Source of the DNA: Minutocellus sp. GHC0000111
Lineage: Eukaryota
Assembly: GCA_977018835.1 (NCBI GenBank)
Contig: OZ361259.1
Coordinates: 1,612,001 to 1,676,000, forward strand
Direction: 5' to 3'
Length of the DNA stretch: 64,000 nucleotides
Every line of letters begins with the position of its first letter. Positions within the stretch are counted from its first letter, which is position 1. Below the pieces are notes generated by a model. The model was not told the origin of the DNA. It made no database searches and saw only the letters and a program-made list of their open reading frames with translations. This document shows positions 10,656 through 22,467 of this stretch, piece after piece. The position numbers and the translations under genes are program-made.

Positions 10656-11912
10656 TCAAATCAACCCAGCGATATCCAACCGGGCTAAAATTTCAAACCA
10701 GTCAAGGCAACAATTCAAATTGTTCATGTAGTGAGAACGAAATTTCAGGCGATTTTGGTCATCGGAAAGACATTCAAAAAACACTTTGCGACTGATATTA
10801 GCAACCAGCCCACGCTTCTGGCACTCATTGGCTAGCTGTTCAAAAAATCGTGGATATATGTATGTGTCCAGAATTAGTTCGCGAGATGTAAGCAAATCGC
10901 GCCCACCCTGCCGTTTCAGCATGGAATTTACAAGTCCAGATGCGCCTACACATCTGCTGCTTGCTTGCTTAATGACCTCATGCAAAGGAAATGTATCGAA
11001 GAAAAAGTTACAATGAGGACACTGTTCACGATTACCCCATTGGTTGTCATCCCCGATGTAGTAGCATCCTTCCCTGAGCGGTAGGCCGTAGACAAGCACG
11101 GCATCAGACAATAGACTCGAAGCATATGCTCCTCCGATAACGTGCTCGAGAGAACGCATCGAAGAGTGATTTCTTTTGCTTCCAGCATAATAACAAATGT
11201 TTGCCTTATTGTAACCAACATCCCATTTCATCAAAACTAAACATTTCTTTTGCCAGCACTCATCGAAACGATCGATGCCATCAAAGATGTAAAGTCTACC
11301 AAACACTATTTTCGAAAGTACAGGAAAGTTTGTTATGAAAGGGACGATGCGACTGATCGCAATAGCATCTACCTCAGGACGTAGCTCTTTTCCTTCCACC
11401 ATGTCATCCCATCTGGAGAATTCGTACGACTTCCCATCGTTGTGCTGAAATCTCTTATACCCATCAGGGTCTCGAAAGATACAAGCAATGGACGCCCCTT
11501 CCACTCCACGAAACCGAGAGGCAGGGTCGCCAAATCGTAGTTCCTCCCGGTCCAATACAGTAATCATCTTAATCCTCGGCGCAACATTTTGGAAAGATTT
11601 ATTGAGCACGGAACACGTGAGATTGTCGGAGTAGGGCATAAATGGCATGACAAGTGCCCATAAATCGGGAGGCAGATGAGGCAGGCCGGGGCTCCCAAGA
11701 TCCTTCGAAGCAATGCCTTTGGTATCTAGCTGCGCGGTATCTTTCTCGCCGTCGAGGCAACGGCGCTTCGGTTTCTTCTCTTCGGCGTTGTCCGTCATGG
11801 TAAGCAAAAAAATGATTGCGAGAGTGACAGTGAGTGCCGTTGACGGAAAGACCATATCGCCACAAATCAAATTGCTTCTTTGCTGGCCGGCCGGCGATGC
11901 GATGACGTTCAT
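10656..11912 (-). CDS. Hypothetical protein with F-box-like N-terminal motif
   Basis: LPHLPPDLWALVMPFMPYSDNLTCSVLNKSF; likely start at MTDNAEEK. Confidence 0.6.
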   Translation of the reverse strand: MNVIASPAGQQRSNLICGDMVFPSTALTVTLAIIFLLTMTDNAEEKKPKRRCLDGEKDTAQLDTKGIASKDLGSPGLPHLPPDLWALVMPFMPYSDNLTCSVLNKSFQNVAPRIKMITVLDREELRFGDPASRFRGVEGASIACIFRDPDGYKRFQHNDGKSYEFSRWDDMVEGKELRPEVDAIAISRIVPFITNFPVLSKIVFGRLYIFDGIDRFDECWQKKCLVLMKWDVGYNKANICYYAGSKRNHSSMRSLEHVIGGAYASSLLSDAVLVYGLPLREGCYYIGDDNQWGNREQCPHCNFFFDTFPLHEVIKQASSRCVGASGLVNSMLKRQGGRDLLTSRELILDTYIYPRFFEQLANECQKRGLVANISRKVFFECLSDDQNRLKFRSHYMNNLNCCLDWFEILARLDIAGLI

Positions 11913-11992
11913 TCTTGCCTCCTCCAGCTTGCAGTGCGTATCTTGTCTCGAGTCCCCGACCCCGAAGCAAGCTTGACCACATCAAAGGCAGC

Positions 11993-13492
11993 ATGAAACG
12001 CTTACCAAGTCGCACGGGTGGGATATGTTGTATTTCGGCCCTCGCCTTCGCGGCTTCTCTTCAAGACGTCGAGAGCTTCAGCTACCCGCATGTGCTGACA
12101 TCGACCCTGACACGGCGTTCCCTGGTATCGGTAGTAGCAGGTCCTCGCCATCCTCATGCTACGAATAGCCGCAAAATAAACCAGGAAGCACATTCTACAT
12201 TGCCGACAAATCATCCAAAGTCAACCCATCTCTCCTCAACAATCAATGGGAACAACTTCTCCGGCCTAACCGAAGACAAGGACGACAGCGAGGCCAGACA
12301 CTTTCTCGAAAATCAGCTTTTCATCTTGGCCCCCTTTTTCGCCGCCTTTGCCTCCTTCTTCCTTTACCCCACCGCCTCGCGTTGGTTCCATTCCATAGCT
12401 GTAATGCTATCCAACAACAAGTGGGTCCCCGTCGACGGTGGGCAGCTCCAATGGTCCGTTCTACTGCCAGCCCTCAACGGCGTGGTCATGACGTGCGTGT
12501 CGCTCCTGTATGCCAACCTCATCTCCACCACGGGGACGCAGTTGCGCAATCGACAGATCAAGATTCAGGAATCGCTCACTACAGAAATCGACGGCATACG
12601 AGGTCTGGCGCAGCTACTGCCGTTCTATCCCGAGGGTGAGGTGGGGGCGCAGAGTCTGTGTGGGAGTCAGCTCATGGTGTACATCAAGCTGCTCACGTTG
12701 GAGTTATCGCCGGACAGTGACCCGCTCAGTCTGCGGTCGGCGTCACCGCCGCTGTCTTCGTATCGAGAGAAGTTGCACAGCACGAGTATAATGGATGGGG
12801 CGCTGCACGACAACATTCGAGAGCGTAGCTATGAGATGTTGGATAGAGCTGGTACCGGCCGATCCTCGCGAATCGCGGCGCTGCAGAATACTTTCCCACC
12901 GTTGCATTATGTCACCATTACGGCACTGACGGCGGCCATTCTGTTTGTGTTTTTAATTGAGACGGATCGGCCGGTGATTTTGTTCTTGGATAACTTTCAG
13001 CTGCGTTTGATATGGAGTCTGCTGGTGGGAACATTGACGGCCATTTATTGCATTGGCATTGACCTCTCGTCGCCATTTGTTGGGACATATGTGGTGGCTG
13101 CGGACCAACTGCTCGATGAGGCTGAGGATTTGCTCACGTTGATTCGTGAGACATCAACCAAGTCTGTGCAAGAGGTGAATGGTGGTACTAGCGATGTCAA
13201 TGGCGCTGAAGCTTATCCGACGACGAATGCGAATGCTCCACAGCAGCACTCCTCGCCTGTATTCGAGACAACACAGCAAACGAACAACGCTTTTGTGGAA
13301 ACGTCATCGGCAATGCCGGCTGAGTATGGGGGATCTAATGGGAATAATTTCCAGAGTACTTCCTTTGATGCCGACGCTCAGTCCCTTCCTAAACCTCCTC
13401 CTGCAACGGAGGAGGATGATCTTGGTGAACCGATGGAGCAAGCAACAAGCTATGAGGAGTACATGCGAAGAAGGCAACAAGGGGAGCTTTAA
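11993..13492 (+). CDS. Multi-pass membrane protein, probably plastid-targeted (DUF4239/bestrophin-like)
   Basis: Signal peptide ending VESFS; 4 TM segments; DLSSPFVGTYVV motif. Confidence 0.6.
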   Translation: MKRLPSRTGGICCISALAFAASLQDVESFSYPHVLTSTLTRRSLVSVVAGPRHPHATNSRKINQEAHSTLPTNHPKSTHLSSTINGNNFSGLTEDKDDSEARHFLENQLFILAPFFAAFASFFLYPTASRWFHSIAVMLSNNKWVPVDGGQLQWSVLLPALNGVVMTCVSLLYANLISTTGTQLRNRQIKIQESLTTEIDGIRGLAQLLPFYPEGEVGAQSLCGSQLMVYIKLLTLELSPDSDPLSLRSASPPLSSYREKLHSTSIMDGALHDNIRERSYEMLDRAGTGRSSRIAALQNTFPPLHYVTITALTAAILFVFLIETDRPVILFLDNFQLRLIWSLLVGTLTAIYCIGIDLSSPFVGTYVVAADQLLDEAEDLLTLIRETSTKSVQEVNGGTSDVNGAEAYPTTNANAPQQHSSPVFETTQQTNNAFVETSSAMPAEYGGSNGNNFQSTSFDADAQSLPKPPPATEEDDLGEPMEQATSYEEYMRRRQQGEL

Positions 13493-13588
13493 TTTTAAAA
13501 GAGGACACCAGACAGTTGTAGTCAACTGTGTATGCCTGCAAGTAGATTCCCTAGATCTAGTAGCCGCAATTTGACTCATTTCTGCAAG

Positions 13589-15037
13589 CTATCGCATAAG
13601 ACAAGTACGCAGCTTTGTCGCAGCGGGTGCCCCCATATCCCTTGGAACGCATATTCTGTCATCGAAGTAAGCCGCAAGCGCCAAAGAGATGCTACTATTA
13701 GTAATATCCCAACCAATGTCGACGGCAGATTCTTCATTGGCAGCAAGAGACGATGTTGTTTTTCGTAGCTCTCTGTCGATTTCGTCAGCAGAAAATTCAC
13801 TATGGCCCCACTCGCCACTCCATTTGATGAAATCAGAAATAATTTGCTGGTGATTCCGAATGATACATGCCGCAGCTTCTCTTTCCGGCGTCATTGCCAC
13901 ATGAAGATTGCTTGATGCGTATTGTTTCCATACATCGCCATGCACAATTGTATCACCAAACAAATTCATAACTTCATCTTCCGATGCTTTCAATTCTCCC
14001 TTTGGCCCGACAGTATCTCGTGGATGCCATGTCTCCTCCGATGGCCACCACGGTTCACGGTACAGAACCTTCCTCCACGATGGGCCATCGCCACGAACTC
14101 GGCATGCATACGCAGGAACATTATCCATGGCCTCGTACCAAGCATCTATATGAGGCCATCTATCAACGTCCCCCCTTGGTCGAAGTCCCTCATAAAGACA
14201 TGGAAGCTGCGCAGAGTATCGTTCCAGCATTGGGCTCCAAAATATATCTGCCGCTGAAAAGAAATCACCCGCAAAAAATACCCCGGAGGACTGCCCAAGG
14301 AGCACCTCAATGTCGTCCAAAACTTTCTCCAACGTTTCTCGAGGCAAGGGATCAAGCCGATAACCCTCCTCGGAACAAAACAACCATGCGGCTCGAGGTG
14401 ACTGACGACAAATATCTGACCCTGGGGCTATATCTATGAATGCGCTAACAGCCGCCGATACATCTTCACTCTTGCAGGCAGGATTGCCCTTGTGGTCAAG
14501 TGGAGGCCAAATCGGTTTTGAACTCGGAAACATATCGTCAAGTTTCTCCAAGAGAGATATGCATTCCACATCACTCGCCCCCGAAAGCAATTCATGTTCG
14601 TCATTGGTTGATATCGTGCGAAGTTGCGGCAAATCGAAGCCTTCTAAACATTCCGGTCGTCCGTCTGTATTATCTCGTTCGTCTTGCGTCGGTGAACCAT
14701 CGTATGTGTCACCCCTCGCCTCCACAAGCACAGTGTTGAAACGGACACCTTTTTCTTCCATCGCCAGCCACAGCCGAGCGCTGTGCACGCACCATCCATT
14801 TCGTTCCCGATAAAGAATCGGCAAAGTAGGATCAATTTTAGATTGGATGATATCATCTATGTGTGCATTTGGGCCCCCCTTGGCCTCAATAAAGCAATCG
14901 ATGACCAGTTCCGGCCAGCTTGGCACATCCGATTTAGATGCCGAGGCAGAAAAACCATTTGAAGAATCGATTGAAAGCACAAAAAAGAAAATATGAATAA
15001 TCGCATAACAGGTAGGAAAAGGCGCAGGACTCTTCAT
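13589..15037 (-). CDS. Glutathione S-transferase family protein
   Basis: LYRERNGWCVHSARLWLAMEEKG (GST N-domain); FFAGDFFSAADIFWSPMLER (C-domain). Confidence 0.8.
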   Translation of the reverse strand: MKSPAPFPTCYAIIHIFFFVLSIDSSNGFSASASKSDVPSWPELVIDCFIEAKGGPNAHIDDIIQSKIDPTLPILYRERNGWCVHSARLWLAMEEKGVRFNTVLVEARGDTYDGSPTQDERDNTDGRPECLEGFDLPQLRTISTNDEHELLSGASDVECISLLEKLDDMFPSSKPIWPPLDHKGNPACKSEDVSAAVSAFIDIAPGSDICRQSPRAAWLFCSEEGYRLDPLPRETLEKVLDDIEVLLGQSSGVFFAGDFFSAADIFWSPMLERYSAQLPCLYEGLRPRGDVDRWPHIDAWYEAMDNVPAYACRVRGDGPSWRKVLYREPWWPSEETWHPRDTVGPKGELKASEDEVMNLFGDTIVHGDVWKQYASSNLHVAMTPEREAAACIIRNHQQIISDFIKWSGEWGHSEFSADEIDRELRKTTSSLAANEESAVDIGWDITNSSISLALAAYFDDRICVPRDMGAPAATKLRTCLMR

Positions 15038-15577
15038 TACAACGGCATATCTTCTTCAACACATCATGTGCCACACGTGGTGCTGATTTTGATTTGAGCA
15101 TCATCATTGATTGAAGGGAAATGGTCTGTCCGTCGTTAATTCAACACCTTGTCTAGGTCCTACTAGAGAGGAAAAAGCCCCCGGCCCGGTGATTTCAGTA
15201 TCGACCAAAATGAACACGAAGAAGAACGACCGCTAGTCACACCGACCCATCGTCTCCATCACCAAACCTCTGCACGCGCCATGTTCGCACCAATGCAATG
15301 CCGTTGCGAGCATATTGTGTCGTCCGAACAGTAGGAAACCTGGCATCAGAGGACATTTCTTCATCGCTACTTACTGGTATATTCACGTGCGTGGCATTTT
15401 GAGAAGGATATTCTCCCTTGATTCTTCCACTTGTCGAAGATCTTGACCTACTTGTCTTTTGGATCTTAGCACAAGAAGAATTGAATTACATTGCTGTTAT
15501 CGGTAGTATCTTCGTTTGATATCGGCGTTAAATCCATTTGGTGACTACCAAATCGTCGTGGTAGGTGGTACGATACG

Positions 15578-17578
15578 ATGGTGGCCCGATCCAAGCGCAC
15601 CGTGCGGGAGAATACTCGCTCGAAGTCGCATCGTGACGATGCCACCGCCGCCACCACCTCGAAGGGCAGAGACGGAAAGAAAAAGAAGAAGCTCGGCGCG
15701 GCAAGAAGTGTGACAAGCAAATCGATCAAGACAAAGTCATCCAAGTCTACTCGCACAAAGTCGACGTCGAATACCGGCAAAGCGAATGCCCTTCACAAGC
15801 AAAAGAAGCAGATGCCTAAAATCAAGTCGACTGGGGCGTCTTCCAGACTTGCCGGGGCACCTCCCAGACTTGCCACGCCCAAAAACAAGACAATGAAGGG
15901 TGGGGTTGGCTCTTCTAAGCCTCCACTTCCGCCCAAACAGACTCGCCATCCCAAGCCTAACCTACAAATTTCAACTTCAGTATCCAGCGAGGAGGAGATG
16001 TCCGCCAACCCCTTGTCCCCCTCATCCAAGGCCACCGGCCCCAACAGATTTCCATCGACGCCTAACCGCGCGGAAAGGAAGCCAAGTGCCAAGGGATTCC
16101 AGGAGACATTTGGCCCTCGCCCGACCCCAAGGCCTGGTGGTGGTGACAACGCAAGTGTTATTGATTCCATCGCCGAGAGTGGCATTGCTGACAGCGAGAG
16201 CTTCGACCATACTCAATATTCCTTTATTTCAGAGAACGGTACTTTCTTTACGATCGAGAATGAGGTCACGTTCGCTATGTTTCTTACCGACGTCAAGGGA
16301 TTCCTCATTGATAAAACCGGCAAGATGATCCCCACCGGACCTGAAATGGTCGAGATGGTGGAAAAGACCAAGGGCATGGTTCCCGAAAGTGTCAAGGACA
16401 AGCTGAATCATACCGCCAAAGTCCTGGATCCCCGCGATATCAGCGGAAGAGAACTTTTGGCCTCTGCCAAGGATATCACTATCGTCACCAAGGATGTCGT
16501 CATCGAGGAGACCGCCGGTTGTGCCAATTGGTCTTTTGCCAGTCTTTTATCCGGTATTGGATTTGTCACTTCCGCTGCAACGGCGAAGAACGAGGACGCA
16601 GTTGTTGAGGATACGCTTGAAGAAACTCAAGAGGACAACACTGATCTTGTTCCCGAATATCCAGATGCAGTAGCGCCATGGGACATGGAGGAGATCTTGC
16701 CTGTGATTACACCCATGACGGTCGAGGAGCAATTCCAGATGCCGGCAGACACGCCAATGGCAACTTACGAGCCGTTCGACATGCCCAATGAAGATGACAA
16801 TTCTACTGGTGAAAAGCAGTGGGAAGAAAGCCCGGAGAACGAAGATGAACAATATCCTTCCACCAACGAGAACTTCAACGAAGACGACGAGTTGGATCAG
16901 GTCTCCATCGAAATATCCATGAATGCAAAGGCCCGGCGTCTTCTACTCTCAGCCAAAGAGAATCAGCAATGCAATCGTAGTGTTCATAACTCACCCAGCG
17001 TTGCAAGCAACGGAATGTCGGCCATGACTGAGGAGTCCAACATTGATATGAAGGAAGCTCTTCGCCAAATCAAGGATCTCAATGCAGAGATTGAGAGACT
17101 TCAGAAACAAGGTGGTCAAGATAATGTTGCCCTCGCCGAGGTCCTCAAGCAACGCTCCAAGACTCTGTGCCGAAGCATGGCCGTGGCATCGACGCTCGCT
17201 GCTGCCAAAACCGGTAGTATTAAGAAAGCGGCCATCCAAACCACATAGGCCGTTGGTCAGGCCAGTTCGTCCATCGCCAAGTCTTCCAAGAAGGGCGTTG
17301 GTTCTGCTCTTATCTCGACCTCCAAAGCGATCGGATCACTAGGCGAAAAACTTGCCAAGAACAAGAGCGACCGCAGCAGCCGTAAGGACGATGCCACATA
17401 TACAACAGGAGATAATAGCACGCTCTCGAGTCACAGTCGCAGTCGATCCAGTCGATCCAGCAGATCGGAGAAAGCAGCTGGTAGTAAGGAGCACGGTAAA
17501 CAAGCTATGCTGGTCTCTGCCAGGAGTCGCATGTCCTATGGATCCGGTAGGCGAACCTCCGATCTTCACGAGGTTTAA
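15578..17578 (+). CDS. Hypothetical low-complexity protein interrupted by an in-frame TAG at 17246-17248
   Basis: 556-aa ORF; the same frame stays open and coding-like for about 110 more codons to TAA 17576-17578. Confidence 0.55.
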
Positions 17579-17748
17579 GCTTTCTCCTTACCGTTTACCG
17601 TGCTTGGTGTCGAAATTATCTTTCCTTACATATTATATACACATTGAAACGATTGCGTCGGTATCGAATTGGTATAGCAATCGAAAATTATTTAAAACAA
17701 GTTAAATTTGGGAAAAAAGAGAATTCACCGGTCACCCCTGATCGGCCT

Positions 17749-18297
17749 CTACTGAATATCCTTGAGTTTGACAGTAAAATAAAGGGTAGCATTCGGCGGA
17801 ATCTCCGGCCCCGCGCCCTTCTTGCCATACCCAAGCTTGGGCGGAACCACAAGTTGTCTCTTTCCGCAGACCTTCATTCCCGCAACTCCAATATCCCATC
17901 CTTTAATGACATCGCCTCCTCCGAGGACAAAGTCAAACGTCTTGGCCGAATCAAATACCGACCCGTCGTCGAGCTGGCCCTTGTAACTGACTATGACCGT
18001 GTCGCCCTTCTCGGCCGCCGGCCCGTCACCAATTTTAACGTCGGTAATTTCCACCTGTTCCTCTGGCGGTGCCTCGTACTCCTTATCACCGGCGACCTTG
18101 AAGCTCTGCCCCTCCTGGATGAGCTTGCCGTCGGCCACACCCTTCTTGAGCGCCTTTTTGAGTGCCACGGCATTTTCGTACGAAAACTCCGCCTTGAGAT
18201 ACTTGGCAATTGCCTGTCGGCTGGACCCCTTGGCCGACTTTTGCGCCCGGATGGCGGCTATGACCTTGTCGATCACCGTCTTGGGAGTCTTCGCCAT
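17749..18297 (-). CDS. Linker histone H1/H5 globular domain fused to FKBP peptidyl-prolyl isomerase
   Basis: N-terminal VIAAIRAQKSAKGSSRQAIAKYL...LKKALKKGVADGKLIQEGQSFKV (H15-like); C-terminal VSYKGQLDDGSVFDS, VIKGWDIG, PPKLGYG, IPPNATLYFTV. Confidence 0.85.
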   Translation of the reverse strand: MAKTPKTVIDKVIAAIRAQKSAKGSSRQAIAKYLKAEFSYENAVALKKALKKGVADGKLIQEGQSFKVAGDKEYEAPPEEQVEITDVKIGDGPAAEKGDTVIVSYKGQLDDGSVFDSAKTFDFVLGGGDVIKGWDIGVAGMKVCGKRQLVVPPKLGYGKKGAGPEIPPNATLYFTVKLKDIQ

Positions 18298-18417
18298 GGT
18301 CGACAGTATTTCCAGCACATGATGTAACGGTATCTGCTGCTCTCCTACCTCTGGGTGAGGCCGAAGGCCAGACCGTTTTATTGGATCTTGCTCATTCTTC
18401 ACGAAGTCAACTGCAAG

Positions 18418-19888
18418 ATGATGACGTTACCGTTCCCAACGTGCAGCTGCCTCTTATTGCTAGCACTGCTCTCATCGAGCGATGCATTTGTGCCATCGCT
18501 AAAGGATGCTTCCTTCCGGACTTGTGGGGAAGCGTCACATAAGACACATAATGTGCTCAGCATTCCAGTATCGACAACAATTATGCGGACCAAAGTAGGG
18601 AATGGACCGATGCCTCACATAACAAGCAAACAAGTTGGTGCGACGAGAACATCTTCTTGTCTCCATGCCACCAAGAAGCTCAAGCGAGAAGATTCGCTTT
18701 CTTCGCCGGCGTCATTTGATCATGCCCTCCACAAAACTCGAATGCTGTTCCGTGTCCAACTGGCAATCATCGCGTACATGCTGACGGGCGTTCTGGCATT
18801 TTCACGAGTGTTTGAACGATGGCCCATAATCGATTCCCTCTATTTCAGCGTTGTTACATTTACAACTGTCGGTTATGGTGATCTCTGTCCCTCGGCCGAT
18901 GCTGGCAAATTGTTTACAATCTTTTACTCGTTTGCCGGCATAAGCATCATCGGCGCGTTGTTGGGCATAGGGGGAGGCTCTATCATAGAAGCCGAACGGG
19001 CGGCGATACGAAAGACAAGGGCCGCTGCCAGAGCTGCCATGATGGAATTGTTTGATCCGAAAAAGAAGCGGAGGAAGGCTAAGGCTGGTAGTTCTGGAGA
19101 GGAATCTTCTGCTGAATCTCGTGTAACAAGCGCCCTCTCTGGGGACGACAACAGAGGTAATAACAAAAACGATGGTGGTGGCCTTGGTACTCTTCGGGGA
19201 ATCTTCTCGAACTTGTTTTCGCTTCGCAAGCGCAGGGATGGATCCAAGTCGCTGTTATGAAGTGCCTTTGATATCGTCACCGACACGTATTATATCGTTG
19301 TTCCCTTTCTGGCCATGGCCGCCGTTATTGGAAAGAGAGAAGGGTGGAACAGCATCACATCCGCCTATTATGCAATGGCTACTGCAAGCACCGTAGGCTA
19401 CGGAGATGTGTCTGCATCGAGCCCACAGATGCGCTTACTGTCCATATTATTCATTCCACTGGCAGTTATTAGTTTAGGAGAAATTTTAGGAAGGATCGCT
19501 GGTTTCTTCATCAGGAAAAATACGACGAAGGCCGAACAAGAATTCATGTCGCGTCGCATGACCCTAGATGACCTCGATGCCATGGACACCGATAAGAACG
19601 GGTAAGTAAATTGCAGCACATCAACTTGTCGCCGACCCGTTCACTTTCTGACATTTTCTCGCGTCTTTCCTTCTACGCAAAAATCTACTTTCCAGGGAGG
19701 TTGACCAGTTCGAGTTCTTGACCTTTATGCTCGGGTCGATGCAAAAGGTTGAGCCAGAAATGATGATGGATCTTAGAGATCTGTTCGAAAAGCTGGATGT
19801 GAATGGTAGCGGCACCATCCAGAAAGAGGATCTGGTCCTGATGGCACAAAAGAAACGAGATCCGTGGAATCTTCGGAGGCGAAAATAA
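18418..19888 (+). CDS. Two-pore (TPK/KCO-like) K+ channel with EF-hands; in-frame TGA at 19258-19260; intron 19602-19695
   Basis: Two pore loops TTVGYGD and STVGYGD in the same frame on either side of the stop; GTAAGT...TCCAG intron joins DTDKNG-EVDQFEF; second EF-hand DVNGSGTIQKED; SSSDAFVP plastid-like signal. Confidence 0.85.
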
Positions 19889-20023
19889 TGAACTGCATGC
19901 TACATGTATGGCTGATATCTTCGTATTACTATTATTATTTCATGAAACTAAATTAGAAAGCTCGTAAACACGCTTTCATATTAGAGCAGCGGCAAGGCAT
20001 ATACACAGCATACTTCATCATTC

Positions 20024-20353
20024 CTAGAACACCATGTGATCATAGTCTACCTTCTTTTTGGCCTTGCCCTTGGGACTTCTCGGGCTGCTCGGGCCCTTCT
20101 TGATCGTGGCATGAGAGATGTCGACATGGTGAGCCTTGGCCCACTCGGCGTCCTCTTCCGAGATGGGCTTGCCGTCCTTGATCTTGTTGCGGAGGAACTT
20201 GATGTGCTGCTTATCCTCGTGACTCCAGTGGTCACCTTTATAGGCCTCGTGGTGGACGGTCGGTCCGTGCTTCTTCTCGGGAGGGGGGATGGTATCACCG
20301 ACCGGCGCTACCTTGCCCTTGACTCCTTTTGCTTCTCCTTTCTTGAAGACCAT
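20024..20353 (-). CDS. Small Lys/His-rich hypothetical protein
   Basis: ORF from MVFKKGEAKG with coding-like codon bias. Confidence 0.55.
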   Translation of the reverse strand: MVFKKGEAKGVKGKVAPVGDTIPPPEKKHGPTVHHEAYKGDHWSHEDKQHIKFLRNKIKDGKPISEEDAEWAKAHHVDISHATIKKGPSSPRSPKGKAKKKVDYDHMVF

Positions 20354-20936
20354 GATTTCGTTTTCTTGCTTGCAAGTTTTATTGCTGCGAGTTGAAAAAA
20401 AGAACCGTGTTGGAATGGCCATTAATCGGTGAGATCTTTCTTGCGAACCCGGCTTGACACCTCCTCGCAACCATTGATCATCACAATTTCAACCTCGTTT
20501 TCATCTCGCCAACACATACCAATCTCCACAACAGTAAAAGCATGGCCACACGAATGAGCGGTCGATGATCATACTCACCTTTGTATTATTTTATTTGTGA
20601 AAGAGTTCTGTTCTTCGATGCGGCTGAAGAAGTCGCTTCTGGTTGATTGATGCCTGGAGTTGCGGATGGTTCTCTTTTTGGTCTTATCGATGGCGGACGA
20701 GGTGAAGATTTTCACAACCCCGAAAACGCTATAGACGAAGATAGAAAAGCGCGGCGTCCGCGCGCGGCGCGCGGCACAAAAGGCGGTCAGGCGAAAGATT
20801 CGAAGATCTTGCTGCATCAAAGAACAAAGAACCATCAATTCATCGTATATTTAACTTGGTAGAACAGAGAACCCTGAACTGCCAGGGTGCATCACCATTC
20901 AACATCGTACAACTGCCTTGAGACCAGCCAGCAGAG

Positions 20937-21009
20937 ATGTCTCGCGTGGTATGCATCGCCGGTGTACTGGCTCTGCTCGCCCTCATAATCGGCCTATCTG
21001 TGGGCTTAA
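20937..21009 (+). pseudogene. Severed 5' end (signal anchor) of the M16 peptidase gene
   Basis: MSRVVCIAGVLALLALIIGLSVGL joins in frame across the TTAA to TRRNNS at 25466. Confidence 0.8.
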
Positions 21010-21133
21010 GAGGGCGCTGTCCATAATTTTCCCCGTTTTTAATCCCCCTTATTCTTATTTCTTATGACGAGCGAAGCATGACAAAAACTCGACCCCACCA
21101 TGAGAATCGCCGCTCTGCCCCCTCTTCATTACG

Positions 21134-22363
21134 ATGAAGCGCAGCGCTGATAACAGTGCCGGCCCGGCCCACAACGCAGATACGCGGTTGCGGAAACTCA
21201 AGACAGATAACTCCGGTCGCCCGATTTTGCCTGTTGACAAGAAGAAAGAGAAGGCGGAGGACAAAGCGAAAGACGCCGTTACCGAGATACTGGAGGGCCT
21301 CGCCGTCACGTTGGAGAACGACCCGAACGGACAAGGACGAGAATTATGGAACAATCCCGGCGTCGGCCATGCACTTCAACATCTTGTCAAAGCAGTCGAG
21401 GCTCGCGCTGATAAGTATCATGTTCGGGATGATATTGATGTCGCTGCTGAGCGGCCCGGCCTCGTAGTTACCAACCTGTCCGTGGCTGATGTGAAGTTGA
21501 GGCTGACGGTCGGCATCGTCGATCAATTGCAAGATCCCATGTTTGACGCCGGACCTGAATTCTTCCCTATATTTCAACTTCATGGGAAACGGATCGATAT
21601 TGGATCGGCTCTTGCTGCGCACGGCCGACCTTTCAACACCACATCGCTTACTTTGCTTGATGGAAGCGGAAAGCTTATCGTCGCTCGTGTTGCCCTGACA
21701 ATTACCGAAAAGGCCCGAAGTCTACAACAGGGCCATGTGATCAAATTGACAAAGTTCCACCGATGGCATGTGGCTCCATATGATGACATACACTCTACTG
21801 CTGGGATTGGACTAGTTGATTTTGATATTGTTGGAATGGGCCAACTTCTGCAGGTAGATGGTGGGCCATCAGCAGCGATCAGATCGGACACGGATGCTCT
21901 TGTTGCGGCCGTTTGTGAGGAAGCCGACGATGATCCGACGGCAGCGCCGGAGGCAGACACATTCGGTAATTGGGACGAGACCAGAGAGAGGCCGCCAATA
22001 CCCCCTGCTTGCTGCACTGCCGCCAACCGAAGCTGCTCAATGTACGGCACACTCTTCTTTCAGAAATGCGTCTGCGAAGAAATGCTGGTGCCGACGGAGG
22101 AGGACCTGGAGGATATCGCTGACAAATACTACGCAACCACCATGCCAGTCGAAGCCATGGCAAATAATTTGAAGAGGAACATGCTGTATTGGTACTATGC
22201 AACTGAGGTGTATCATGTGAGAGGTTGGCTTGATCGGAAGCCCTTGCCAACCTGTCTAGTCTTTTGCATTAGGTTCATTTATCCAAATGATAAAGGTGAA
22301 CGATATGTTGGATTCATCCCTGGTCATCAAGATGAAGAGGAAGAAGAAGAGGAAAATGCATAA
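21134..22363 (+). CDS. Transposon accessory protein: KolX/P2X7-ballast-like C-terminus with a putative OB-fold
   Basis: CC....SC......CVCE followed by NLKRNMLYWYYA...GWLDRKPLPTCLVFCIRFIYP..GERYVGF. Confidence 0.7.
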   Translation: MKRSADNSAGPAHNADTRLRKLKTDNSGRPILPVDKKKEKAEDKAKDAVTEILEGLAVTLENDPNGQGRELWNNPGVGHALQHLVKAVEARADKYHVRDDIDVAAERPGLVVTNLSVADVKLRLTVGIVDQLQDPMFDAGPEFFPIFQLHGKRIDIGSALAAHGRPFNTTSLTLLDGSGKLIVARVALTITEKARSLQQGHVIKLTKFHRWHVAPYDDIHSTAGIGLVDFDIVGMGQLLQVDGGPSAAIRSDTDALVAAVCEEADDDPTAAPEADTFGNWDETRERPPIPPACCTAANRSCSMYGTLFFQKCVCEEMLVPTEEDLEDIADKYYATTMPVEAMANNLKRNMLYWYYATEVYHVRGWLDRKPLPTCLVFCIRFIYPNDKGERYVGFIPGHQDEEEEEEENA

Positions 22364-22467
22364 TCATTACCTCAACACATGTAGATAACAAGAATGTGCG
22401 TAGCACGTGAGTAACAGCACACAATAAATCCATTTTTATTTACAGTGATAAAATATTTTACACGTGT

